This document shows positions 1 to 9,400 of a stretch of DNA of 58,498 nt, piece after piece; the first letter of the stretch is position 1, and the number at the start of each line of letters is the position of its first letter. The notes under the pieces were generated by a model. That model did no database searches, was not told the origin of the DNA, and was given only the letters and a program-made list of their open reading frames with translations. Made by a program: the position numbers and the translations under genes. Location: the sequence record SRR20825010_1483; one strand, given 5' to 3'.

Positions 1-48
1 CCAAATTCATTTATTACAAGTCTAAAGGAGGTACGAAGGAACTATTTT

Positions 49-106
49 AGACCCTTCTCCGAAGTCTCGGAGCTCAAGGAAGGAAACGGACATTTGTGCT
101 CTTAAC
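49..106 (+). repeat. Imperfect direct repeat copy A1 (pairs with 2029-2076), containing an inserted hairpin CTCCGA-AGTC-TCGGAG
   Basis: AGACCCTTC...CTCAAGGAAGGAAACGGACATTTGTGCTCTTAAC versus AGACCCTTC...CTCAGGGAAGAAAACGGGCTTTGTGCTGTTAAC. Confidence 0.75.
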
Positions 107-130
107 ATTTACTTGACTTTCCTTACAAAC

Positions 131-163
131 GCCCGCCTTTGTTATGTGTTTTTACCAACAAAC
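131..163 (+). repeat. REP-like imperfect palindrome, copy B1 (pairs with 11341-11374)
   Basis: GCCCGCCTTTGTTATGTGTTTTTACCAACAAAC versus GCCCAGCTTTGTTGTGTGTTTTTCACTAACAAAC. Confidence 0.65.
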
Positions 164-203
164 TGAAGGTGCTTGCTATCCTTCTTCGATTCTCCTAGGG
201 GGG

Positions 204-371
204 CTACCTAGCTTGAAAGTTCAATTCATCTAGTTCCGTTGTTACAAATTTCTCACCTGTAGTTGTGCACAAATAGAACTGATAATCAATTTGAGCAACT
301 TCGTTTTGAAACGTGACGCTCCGCAATTCAGAAGTTAACTGCATTGGAAGGTTGGTGATTGGGCTTTTCAT
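204..371 (-). CDS. 55-aa protein resembling the N-terminal (YgiT/MqsA-type) domain of Bacteroidota MqsA-like antitoxins; standalone or truncated
   Basis: Manual translation MKSPITNLPMQLTSELRSVTFQNEVAQIDYQFYLCTTTGEKFVTTELDELNFQAR*. ATG overlaps the TGA of the upstream gene (ATGA). Absent from the ORF track. Confidence 0.7.
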   Translation of the reverse strand: MKSPITNLPMQLTSELRSVTFQNEVAQIDYQFYLCTTTGEKFVTTELDELNFQAR

Positions 372-799
372 GTAGATTTTAAAACGACCATTTCTTCTTG
401 AATGTGATCAGTCACATTGATGGATGGTAATAGAACATCTTCAAATTGAGTTTCATTCAATTTTTCATGAAGTATGCCTCGTGCTGTACCTACCGTTATT
501 ACAGCAAGGTGTCTACACAAACCACCTGGCATACTTAATGTCTTATTTACGTCATCGTAGAAACTATTAAATGCTTTTTCCTCAATATCAAAAGCGCACT
601 CTACTACCAATTTAATTATTGTTTTTTCTTTACTCCTGAATTTTACTTCGAATAAAATCGAAATAAAATGGCTTTCAACATTGGCTCCTATTCGAATTCC
701 TGTCTCCATTGCAGCATCTACCTCTCCTGAATAGTTTTCTTCAAGAATTGCAAATTCATTTGTTCTAATATTTGCTATCGCAAAGCCTAGTTTATTCAT
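368..799 (-). CDS. SecB-like chaperone (TAC-type)
   Basis: 143 aa, acidic, alternating beta-strand pattern, helix VGTARGILHEK and C-terminal LLPSINV, resembling the SecB PyaR...LpPINF ending; follows an HTH antitoxin-like gene. Confidence 0.7.
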   Translation of the reverse strand: MNKLGFAIANIRTNEFAILEENYSGEVDAAMETGIRIGANVESHFISILFEVKFRSKEKTIIKLVVECAFDIEEKAFNSFYDDVNKTLSMPGGLCRHLAVITVGTARGILHEKLNETQFEDVLLPSINVTDHIQEEMVVLKST

Positions 800-814
800 A
801 ACACTATTTGAGTT

Positions 815-1309
815 TTAAGCTGCATTATCATATAAAACGTACATATTATCGCCTTCTTTTTCTGCATAAGTAATAGCTGTAGAGTAATCAGACTTCATTG
901 ATAGTATCGACTTTGAATATGTTTTTTGCTTTTTAATATTTACTTGAGTATCCACAATTTGGTTAGTCAGTTCACTTAAATAGTTTGTAAGTCTTTTGCT
1001 AAAACTTAAACCATCAACCTGAACAAATTCAATACCTAACACCTCTTCAAGCTGTACTAAAGTAGAAAGCCGAAAATTTTCTTGCCCTTTCAGCATTTTA
1101 CTTACACGCTGACGACTTACACCTAGCTTCTCAGCTAATTGTGTTTGATTCCATCCCTTTTCATCAATAGCGTCAAGGATGGTTAAGCTGATTTCAAAAG
1201 ACTTATTAAGCCAATGCTCATTCTTCTCATGAAAAGCCATCTTTTCATGAAAATCTGACTTTGGCATATTTGCTTTTAGCGCTGCTAATGTCTTTTTCTT
1301 TGCTTCCAT
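815..1309 (-). CDS. XRE/Cro-HTH HigA-like antitoxin with a long C-terminal extension
   Basis: KGWNQTQLAEKLGVSRQRVSKMLKGQENFRLSTLVQLEEVLG HTH signature; ~65-aa tail. Confidence 0.8.
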   Translation of the reverse strand: MEAKKKTLAALKANMPKSDFHEKMAFHEKNEHWLNKSFEISLTILDAIDEKGWNQTQLAEKLGVSRQRVSKMLKGQENFRLSTLVQLEEVLGIEFVQVDGLSFSKRLTNYLSELTNQIVDTQVNIKKQKTYSKSILSMKSDYSTAITYAEKEGDNMYVLYDNAA

Positions 1310-1336
1310 TGCTCCTGTGTCTTGCTCTCTTTAATC

Positions 1337-1900
1337 TTATTGTTCTGGTGCGATGTAGTACTCTAATAGTTCTACATCACCCTCAAGGAATTCACGGAAA
1401 AGATTCATTTTATGTAACTCTTGCTCCAAATGTGGTCTTCCTTGCATTTTCTGAGTGAGTTTAATGGCTCCTCCAGTGATATAATATATATCATTGTGCT
1501 TTACAGTATAAACCCTCATGTAGGATTTATATTCATCACCATAAGATTTTAAACGAGATGGGTCATACCTATCATCTTCATCTGCTAGTGGTTTGAAAAG
1601 ATCTGTTAGACCTTCTGTATTATGATTAATGGCTAGTTCATTGATTGATTTGAGAAGTTTAATTCCTTCTTTGCGTGCATTAGTAACTGCTTTTCTAAGC
1701 AGTTCGGTTCTGCCTTGGTTTCTAAAATCCTTTTCATATTCTTTAAAAAAGGTTCTTAAATGTTGTGGGTCGTTCCACTCATTGTATAGTTGGCTTAAAG
1801 CATCAGGTGCTTCACCTGCTTCAATTCCACTGTTCGGATCATGAAACTGAACCGAGCAGAGAATGTCTTCTTCCGTGCCAAATATACCAACAACTTCCAT
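1337..1900 (-). CDS. Putative RelE/HigB-superfamily toxin with an N-terminal extension
   Basis: C-terminal RLKSYG...YMRVYTVKHNDIYYITGGAIKLTQKMQ resembles the RelE/HigB R-x-Y...G-x-x-K core; first gene before the HTH and SecB-like genes. Confidence 0.55.
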   Translation of the reverse strand: MEVVGIFGTEEDILCSVQFHDPNSGIEAGEAPDALSQLYNEWNDPQHLRTFFKEYEKDFRNQGRTELLRKAVTNARKEGIKLLKSINELAINHNTEGLTDLFKPLADEDDRYDPSRLKSYGDEYKSYMRVYTVKHNDIYYITGGAIKLTQKMQGRPHLEQELHKMNLFREFLEGDVELLEYYIAPEQ

Positions 1901-1902
1901 AC

Positions 1903-1922
1903 TGTCAACTTATAAGTTTACA
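1903..1922. promoter_or_regulatory. Near-perfect 20-bp palindrome; candidate antitoxin operator
   Basis: TGTCAACTTATAAGTTTACA (18/20 self-complementary), 2 bp upstream of the toxin start codon. Confidence 0.55.
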
Positions 1923-2028
1923 AATTTGTTCAATGGATGTAGGTGTTTCTTTATTCTTCATTGCTCACAGCTATCTCTTCAGCATTTTCAAGTGCTCGTT
2001 TTACATCATAAAGAAGGGTGTCCAAATC

Positions 2029-2076
2029 AGACCCTTCGCTCCACTCAGGGAAGAAAACGGGCTTTGTGCTGTTAAC
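2029..2076 (+). repeat. Imperfect direct repeat copy A2; REP-like CCCTTCG...CTCAGGG core
   Basis: Aligns to 49-106. Confidence 0.75.
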
Positions 2077-2164
2077 TATTTTTCTTTTCTTAATCGACCT
2101 ATATTTTCAAACTGTCAAAGATAAATGAAGAGCGCAAGTATTGTAATTCTTTTAAGCTCTATAA

Positions 2165-2203
2165 CCTATCGTCTAAAATCTACCATCTAACTTCTAAAAT
2201 CTA
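2165..2203 (+). repeat. Degenerate heptamer tandem repeat (TCTAnnn)n
   Basis: CCTATCG TCTAAAA TCTACCA TCTAACT TCTAAAA TCTA, just past the hsdR stop. Confidence 0.65.
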
Positions 2204-2208
2204 TCTAC

Positions 2209-5202
2209 TCACCCCTGCATCGGCCAATCGCTGTACTGTCCTTCGGCTTGTTCGATGACTTCTTGCAATAGTTGGTCTAGGGCTGAGAAAGGGACTTTTC
2301 CTTTGAGCTCTTTTTTGACGGCTAAACGAATGGCGGCTCGGGCGTCCTCTTTTTTGGCCCAGTCGAGTTGAAGGTTTTTCTTGACGGAGGCCACTACTTT
2401 GTGTACTAAATCTTGGATAGGTCCCGCTTCGTTGAGTAGCTGCTGATTGGCTTCTAGCAAATCGTAAAAGGCCAATTCATCTTCGGTGAGGCCGAGTTCT
2501 TTGGTTCTTTTGTCGTCATTTTGAAACTCGGTGGCAATATCTAGCAAGTGCTTAATGGCCGCGATGGAATCCAAACTGTTTTTGTGGTATTTGCCCAACA
2601 CCTTATCCAGTTCTTCTTTGAGGCTGGTCATTCTGCGGATGTTCTTAGGCATTCTCACTTTCAGTTCATCGTTGATGATGCGCCTGAGCAGTTCAATTTT
2701 AATGTTTTCGCCTCCTTTGTCTTTCACCATGGCCTGAAAAGCATCATCGATAATCGAAATGTCTATTCTGTCCAAGTCGTACATTTCTGCCAAGTCCACA
2801 ATTTTGTGCGATTCAATGGACTGACTGATAAGGTCTTTGATGCGATCGTTCTTTTTGCGTTGTGCGCCAGGAGGGAACTTGATTTTTCGGATGATGTCGC
2901 GGATTTTCTGAATCATGCCGACCTCTTCCTGAATAGGCCAAATGCGCTGATCTGAGTTGGTCATGGCGACTAATTCTGATAGCTTCCTTTCTTCCAGCAG
3001 GAACTTGTCGGTGATGGGGTCGGATTGCAGCAGGTCATTCACCAAGTTGTTCGACCAAGTGAGTTTTTCCGAAGCGGACAATGCATTGATGGCATCCAGA
3101 TCAAAGCCACCCATGAAGGCTTTTACTTCTTCGAATTGCGCTAGGCACATTTCCACTGCCACGTCCATATCGATGGTCGGTTTGCCGCCACCTCCGCTGC
3201 CTGTATATTTCTTGGTGGCTTCAGCCAAGAAGCCAGAAATACCGATGAAATCTACCACCAAACCATTGGGCTTGTCGTGGAAAACCCGATTGACCCGGGC
3301 AATGGCTTGCATCAGGTTGTGGCCTTTCATTATTTTATCTACGTACATGGTGTGGGCGCAAGGCGCATCGAAACCCGTGAGCCACATGTCGCGCACAATC
3401 ACCATTTTTAGCGGATCATCTGCGGTTTTGAAACGCTTTTTGATCGCTTCCATATTGTCTTTGGTGCGCACATGCGGATTCCATTCCTTAGGATCTTTGC
3501 CAATATTGCTTGTCATGATGACGGCTATTTCGGGGCAACCTTCCAAGGCAGTAAGGGCATCGTACATTTTCACGCAGTTTTTTCTGCTCATACACACAAT
3601 CATGGCTTTACCGTCTAGCGAGGCAATGCGTGCATTAAAATGAGTCAGAATATCGGTAGCTACGCGCTTTACACGGTCTTCTGCACCGGCCGCATCTTCT
3701 ATGGCTGCCCAAACCGCATGCGTGCTTTCATCTTCGTCTTCCGCTATGGCTTCGAGTTCTTTGGTGTATTCTGCCTTGATATTGAGCGGCACCATTTTGG
3801 GTTCATAATAAATGGGCACGGTGGCACCATCTTCTACCGCCTGTTTGATGTCATAGGTGTGAATGGTTTCGCCAAATACCAATTCGGTATCTGCGCCTTT
3901 GCTGTCTACGGGCGTTCCTGTAAAGCCAATAAAGGAAGCGTTGGGCATGGCAATTCTGATGTTTTGGGCAAAGCCGCCATCTTTAAACCCGTATTGGGTG
4001 CGGTGGGCTTCATCGGCCATCACAATCAGGTTATAGCGTTCTGAAAGTACAGGATGTGCCAATTCTTTGCCGCCTTCTAACTCTTTGAGCCTGAATTTTT
4101 CGATGGTGGTGAAAATCACGCCTCCGCCATCGGTGCTGAGCAATGCCCTTAGTTCATCTGTAGTTTCGGCATGCTGCACTTCGCCCACCAAATCTTTGGC
4201 CAGCACGAAATTCTCATAAAGCTGCTGATCTAAATCAGAGCGGTCTACTTGGATGACAATGGTGGGGTTTTTCAGTTGCGGCAGCGAACGCAAAATGCCC
4301 GTGAGGATGGCCATGGAAATGCTTTTGCCCGAACCTTGGGTATGCCAAATAACGCCCAAGCGTCCATCGCCATGGGGTTTGATGTTGGCGACTGAACTTT
4401 CTACGGCTTTATTGATGCCCCAAAACTGATGGTATTTCGCACCTTTCTTGATGATTTTTCCATTGTGGTCTTCATGGAAAATAAAGTTCTTGAGGTAATT
4501 GAGCAGGGTGGCTTTGGGAAACAAGCCATTGAGCAGGGTTTCCAACTGAAACTCGGTTCTGTTTTCTACATCATCTCCCTGCATGCTCTTCCAAGGGGCG
4601 AACCATTCCATAGACGAGTTGTACATGCCATGCAGGGTTTCCATGCCATCGGAAAGCACGGTGATGGCGTTGTAATCGAAGAGCTCGGGAATATCGAGGA
4701 TATAATGCCCAATTTGGCCGAGGGCATTGTCTACGCCCACTTCTGGGTCGAACATATTTTTGAATTCGAAGACGATGAGGGGCAGGCCATTGATGTAAAT
4801 CAGCAGGTCGGTTCTGCGGGTGTTGCGGCCAATGATGGTGACTTCATCGGCACAAATAAAGCTGTTGGCTTCTGGCACATCGTAATTGATAGGGTAGAGG
4901 TGCTTGGCCAAATCCTTGCCATCGGCAGTTTTCCAGCTGATGTCTATGCCCTGCGACATTTTGCGATGAAACTCTTGGTTGCGGTGGTCAAGGTCCATGC
5001 TGGTTTGCTGGGTGAAAACGGCCATGGCCTCATGAATGGCGGGGAGGGGTACATCGGGGTAAGTTTTTTGCAGAAAGCTTTGCAGCTCATCTTCCAGCAC
5101 CACTTTTTTTAAATCACGGTGAAGGCTATTGCCCATACGGTAGGTATAGCCCAAGTTTTCTAGCCATTCAATGGCGGCCTGTTGTACGGTGCTTTCTTTC
5201 AT
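2209..5202 (-). CDS. hsdR: Type I restriction endonuclease subunit R
   Basis: Nuclease motif DLLIYINGLPLIVFEFK, Walker A WHTQGSGKS, DEAHR box, DMWLTGFDAP, QAIARVNR. Confidence 0.97.
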   Translation of the reverse strand: MKESTVQQAAIEWLENLGYTYRMGNSLHRDLKKVVLEDELQSFLQKTYPDVPLPAIHEAMAVFTQQTSMDLDHRNQEFHRKMSQGIDISWKTADGKDLAKHLYPINYDVPEANSFICADEVTIIGRNTRRTDLLIYINGLPLIVFEFKNMFDPEVGVDNALGQIGHYILDIPELFDYNAITVLSDGMETLHGMYNSSMEWFAPWKSMQGDDVENRTEFQLETLLNGLFPKATLLNYLKNFIFHEDHNGKIIKKGAKYHQFWGINKAVESSVANIKPHGDGRLGVIWHTQGSGKSISMAILTGILRSLPQLKNPTIVIQVDRSDLDQQLYENFVLAKDLVGEVQHAETTDELRALLSTDGGGVIFTTIEKFRLKELEGGKELAHPVLSERYNLIVMADEAHRTQYGFKDGGFAQNIRIAMPNASFIGFTGTPVDSKGADTELVFGETIHTYDIKQAVEDGATVPIYYEPKMVPLNIKAEYTKELEAIAEDEDESTHAVWAAIEDAAGAEDRVKRVATDILTHFNARIASLDGKAMIVCMSRKNCVKMYDALTALEGCPEIAVIMTSNIGKDPKEWNPHVRTKDNMEAIKKRFKTADDPLKMVIVRDMWLTGFDAPCAHTMYVDKIMKGHNLMQAIARVNRVFHDKPNGLVVDFIGISGFLAEATKKYTGSGGGGKPTIDMDVAVEMCLAQFEEVKAFMGGFDLDAINALSASEKLTWSNNLVNDLLQSDPITDKFLLEERKLSELVAMTNSDQRIWPIQEEVGMIQKIRDIIRKIKFPPGAQRKKNDRIKDLISQSIESHKIVDLAEMYDLDRIDISIIDDAFQAMVKDKGGENIKIELLRRIINDELKVRMPKNIRRMTSLKEELDKVLGKYHKNSLDSIAAIKHLLDIATEFQNDDKRTKELGLTEDELAFYDLLEANQQLLNEAGPIQDLVHKVVASVKKNLQLDWAKKEDARAAIRLAVKKELKGKVPFSALDQLLQEVIEQAEGQYSDWPMQG

Positions 5203-5206
5203 TTAC

Positions 5207-6484
5207 TTACATTATGGATGCCAGACTTTGTGCTGCCTCTTTTACCCGTACTTCTCCGCTAATCAATTTAGGAAGTAAGGTGTCGCGAAGGGTGGTAAGG
5301 GTTTGATTTTCTAAATGCAATTGATCTTGCTGAATTTCCATATCAGAAACAATGTCTTGAAAATCTTGCTGTATTTTTAGTGGAGGTAAAATGACTTCCA
5401 TTTCACTTATTGCATCAAACGTGATTTGAGGAAATGTACCTGACCGACCTTCGGCAATCATATCAAAAAGGTCAACAGAGGATTGCATTGTTAATATCCG
5501 ATAAAGTAATTTGTTCAGTATGTTTTCCTTTGGGTTGATGATCATAAACTTTGTTGAAACCACGTAGTTTGATGAATCAAAATTAACATATGCGTACCTC
5601 TTATTTTTAGGTCGAATTTCACTATACAAAATATCACCTTCTGAAATGGCTTTTTTTGCTTGACCAGGAAGCCCAACTTTGGAAATTAAATTTGAATGAA
5701 GAAACCTTCCTTCCTGAACGTCTCCTGTGTTTACAAAAACAACCTCTTGTTTGTCAGAGAAATCAAATGTTTCCGATTTCTTGTGGGCTACTTCATCCAA
5801 CCTCTTCACTTCCCAACCTTCAGGAATTAAGCCCAATTCAGAGTCTACAAACTCACCGTCTTTAAACGGTCCAAAATCTACAAACCAATGTTTGTACAAG
5901 GTCATGGCCATTTCCTCCAAGGTTTTGTTCATTTGTAGGTTCAGCTCGATTTTATCGTCTAAGGAAGAGAGGATGGCCGCGATGGCTTGTTGTTCGGGGA
6001 GAGGGGGGAGAATTAGATCGATATCTTTAATCTGCGCAGGAGAAATATTAGCTTGATTCGCACTGCCTGTGGCATTTAACGCTAGGTTATAATGAACCTC
6101 ATATCTATTCAAATAATGACACATGAAATCAAAATCTGCTAAATCAGGCTTTTTAACATAAATCTTACCTGCTCTCTGGTTCAGTAAAGATTCTTGATCC
6201 AACCTGTATCGCCCCATTTTCCCCACTGCTGAACTCATTACGTTTACAGTTGAGCCTGTCATTGAAATCAAGAAATCTCCCTTCCTTAAAATATACTTTT
6301 CAAGTTTTTTATCGATTTCACCATTGAAACAGTCTGCATCGGATACATCAACATATGGAGGGATAATATTTTTAATCTTAACCACAGGAATTCCTTCTTT
6401 CCCTAAATCCGCAGATTTAAACGCAAATCCATTTTGCACTTCCGCAACCTCTCCGAGCTTATATGTTTTCCAGTTGTTGGGCAT
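5207..6484 (-). CDS. hsdS: Type I R-M specificity subunit S
   Basis: Two TRDs separated by the conserved LPPLPEQQAIAAILSSLDDKIELN region; C-terminal LRDTLLPKLISGE. Confidence 0.96.
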   Translation of the reverse strand: MPNNWKTYKLGEVAEVQNGFAFKSADLGKEGIPVVKIKNIIPPYVDVSDADCFNGEIDKKLEKYILRKGDFLISMTGSTVNVMSSAVGKMGRYRLDQESLLNQRAGKIYVKKPDLADFDFMCHYLNRYEVHYNLALNATGSANQANISPAQIKDIDLILPPLPEQQAIAAILSSLDDKIELNLQMNKTLEEMAMTLYKHWFVDFGPFKDGEFVDSELGLIPEGWEVKRLDEVAHKKSETFDFSDKQEVVFVNTGDVQEGRFLHSNLISKVGLPGQAKKAISEGDILYSEIRPKNKRYAYVNFDSSNYVVSTKFMIINPKENILNKLLYRILTMQSSVDLFDMIAEGRSGTFPQITFDAISEMEVILPPLKIQQDFQDIVSDMEIQQDQLHLENQTLTTLRDTLLPKLISGEVRVKEAAQSLASIM

Positions 6485-9400
6485 TAGATTCCTTCAAATT
6501 GTTTAATCTCTTCAATCGATAAAATATCGGTCTCATCCTCTTTACTTCCAGTGAGTAGTTTATCGTATTTCTCTCGTACTGATGGTTCTGTCAGTTCTTC
6601 CTTAATCTCCTTCATAGTTTTGTTCGATCGCACGGAATCTATTACAGTTGGATAAAGGTCTTTTAAAATCAACCACCTAAGAAGTTTTTCAGCATTGAAG
6701 CTTTTTCGTTCTGCAATCAATGTCGATCTAGTCATCGTATAATTATTCGCTAGTCGAATAATCGACCTAGGGTTTGTTTCAACTAAGCCATGGAGGCCTT
6801 TAAGCAGATGGCGGATTTCCTTATCGGACTCATTTTTCTTTTCGATAATGAAGTTCGAAGCTGCATTGCTGGAAAAGTTATGTTTTCTTTCAAATTTTTC
6901 AATGAACTCAGGAGAAGTAATATCTTCCTCGGTTGAGTCAAGTTCTTGTTGGACTTCATTCTTTAATTCAGAACTGATTTCTTCGGTCTCAACTTTCTTT
7001 TCCCTTTGTGCTTCTGTGATTCCTAAAATATGAGACCAGTATTCTTCCTTGGAATCATCTGAAATATTGGGCATCCTCAAGGACATTTGAAACGCCTTCT
7101 CCAAAAAGAGTTCTCCCAAGTTATGCTTACTGGTTGATTGTGAATTATTAAATTCTTTGTAAGTGTTTGCAAAACTGGTGGTGATCCAGTTTTTGTCGCC
7201 TGCCACAATGTAGAGTACTTTTTTGTCTTTGAATAAGGTTTGAATTCCTTCCAGTAACTGAATAATAAACCCACGATTACATCGATCTATATCATCAATG
7301 AAAATGGCCAGTTGCCTTTTCTTTTTATTCGATTTTGACCACCATCTCGTCTTCTCTTTTGAGTTAATATCATTGACAAGTCCACCAAAGTGGGTTTTTA
7401 TCCTAGACATTGGGTCTGAACTTCTTTTCATGAATGAATTGGCTTCGTCAGAAGAATTCATGAAAAATGATGAGCTAACTACTTTTGAAAACGTGAATAT
7501 GACGGCAACAATAGAGCCTAAGGTTAGAAATAATTTACTAATTGCTGCAATGGCAGAGCCCGTATCTTCTGCGTCTTGGTCTCCTCTGAAGAATGGTAAT
7601 TCCTTAACATAGTCAGCAATTGAGTTACCAAAATGCACTAGACATGCTGTAATGAGAATAGTAAGAGTTATGGCGACAATTTTTTGCCATCCGCTATAGA
7701 GTTTAATTCTTCTCCATTTTTCTTTTCTATCAAGTTTACCACAGAAGCCAAAAGAGTCTTTGACTCTCGTCTGTCTATAAATTTGATCAATTAAAGTCCA
7801 CCAAGGGGGAGTGATGTGCTGATTTTGCCAAGCATTGTAGTCTATAATAATCCATTCTTCTTCTTCAGTATTGAGATGTTTTTTTATAAGATTTAAAAAG
7901 GTTGATTTTCCAGCTCCCCATTCTCCCTGTAAATGAACCATAAATGCATGATTCATATCCTCTGTGAAAACATCTTTTTTGATTAAGTCCACAAATGCTT
8001 TTGCTACGGGCTCTCTACCAAGCTTATCTTCTTGTGCTACTACATCATTATGGAATGGGATTTTGTCCTTGGTTGGTTCAATTGTTGGTTTAACAGGATC
8101 TTTTTCTGTTTTGGAAGAAGAAGGGTTGGTGAGTTCGGTTGAGTCTAATATTTCTTGAACAATGGCAGTGGTTAAGGCATGAATACTTCCTACTCTTACT
8201 TTGTTTATAGTAGACTTCTCAAAGTTGGAACGCTTTCTTAAATCATCTAGCGAGGGCTGTTTTTCAATCTTATAAAGAAGTTTAAAGGAAACATGACTAT
8301 CTAAGTCCTTATGATCTACTTGAAAGATTCCTTTAACCTTCTTTTCAGGGGCTCCTTGGTATCCAAAGACTAAGTCACCTACTTCTATGTCATGAAAATT
8401 TCTTTGAATTTTATCTGCGGTATCCGTTGCTCTATATGGTTCAGATTGGCCTATTGCTAGTTCGTCAATTTCCCATTTATCTACTCGTGCATGTAACCAC
8501 CAAAAGTTTTTTTTCTGGGTGAGGTGAGATTGAATCAGCGCGGTTATGGATTCAATACTTTTATCTGGAGATGTGCTCTTAGATTGGGGAGCTAAAGGAA
8601 CGATCTCTATTAACTCATCGAGAATACCCAAAATATCACCTGTGGCTCCCATTAAACGGCCAAGCGTTGTTTCAATCTGATTCTCTGTCAGGAGCGATAA
8701 CGCATTAGAGAATGCATCGGAATCGGGAAGTGAAATTGTTGCATTTAACTCCTTCCAAATAACATCTATAGCACTATTGTCAAATGCAAATGTTTTAACA
8801 ACCCCAATCGCAACCACCTTCATTACAATCCCTTCACCATTCAAGGTGCTTGAATTAAGAATAATTAAATCTCCTCTGGTTATTTTGTCTAAGATGTCCT
8901 TATTCTTTCTTTCATTTTGTGGTTTCCAAATTCCCGCTGTAAGAAAGTGTTTAAGTTTATCTTCATCGCTCCAAATATGATGTGATAGAAATATTTGACG
9001 GTTTTGGGCAGCTTCAATAAATGAGGTATACTTGACTAGTTTGTCTGGGTCGAAGGTCATGGGTTTAGATTCACCTCCTTCCTTAATTTTGTATTTCTCA
9101 ATTAATTCAGGATTCTCATTTAGTGTTTTCTGCACCCAATTTGAATCGAAGATGCTAAACTCTCCTTTAGTTATGGATATCAAACCCTCATCAAGTATTT
9201 TCATGACTTTCGCAACTACTGGATGGAATAAAATCACATAGACAATATTTGATGGGTAAGCCTTCTGATAACTCTGTATTTTGTTTAAAATGATATTGGC
9301 TTTTTTTGAATCTAGACTTAATTCACTGATCACCTCTACGCAAGCCTCATGAGTATTTACAAAACCACCATCTGGGTTGCTGGATATACTTCTAAGACTT

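Noticed and set aside
1765-2124. Plus-strand ORFs and a ~50-codon minus-strand TTG ORF between the toxin and hsdR
   Set aside because: They run through repeat A2 or overlap the toxin antisense, and have no family resemblance.
2531-5112. Long plus-strand ORFs (up to 228 aa) opposite hsdR
   Set aside because: Antisense shadows of a well-supported gene, with no recognisable motifs.
6003-6008. G6 run in hsdS as a phase-variation tract
   Set aside because: Too short and explained by Pro/Leu codons of the conserved LPPLPEQ motif; no second hsdS or invertase seen, so no shufflon.
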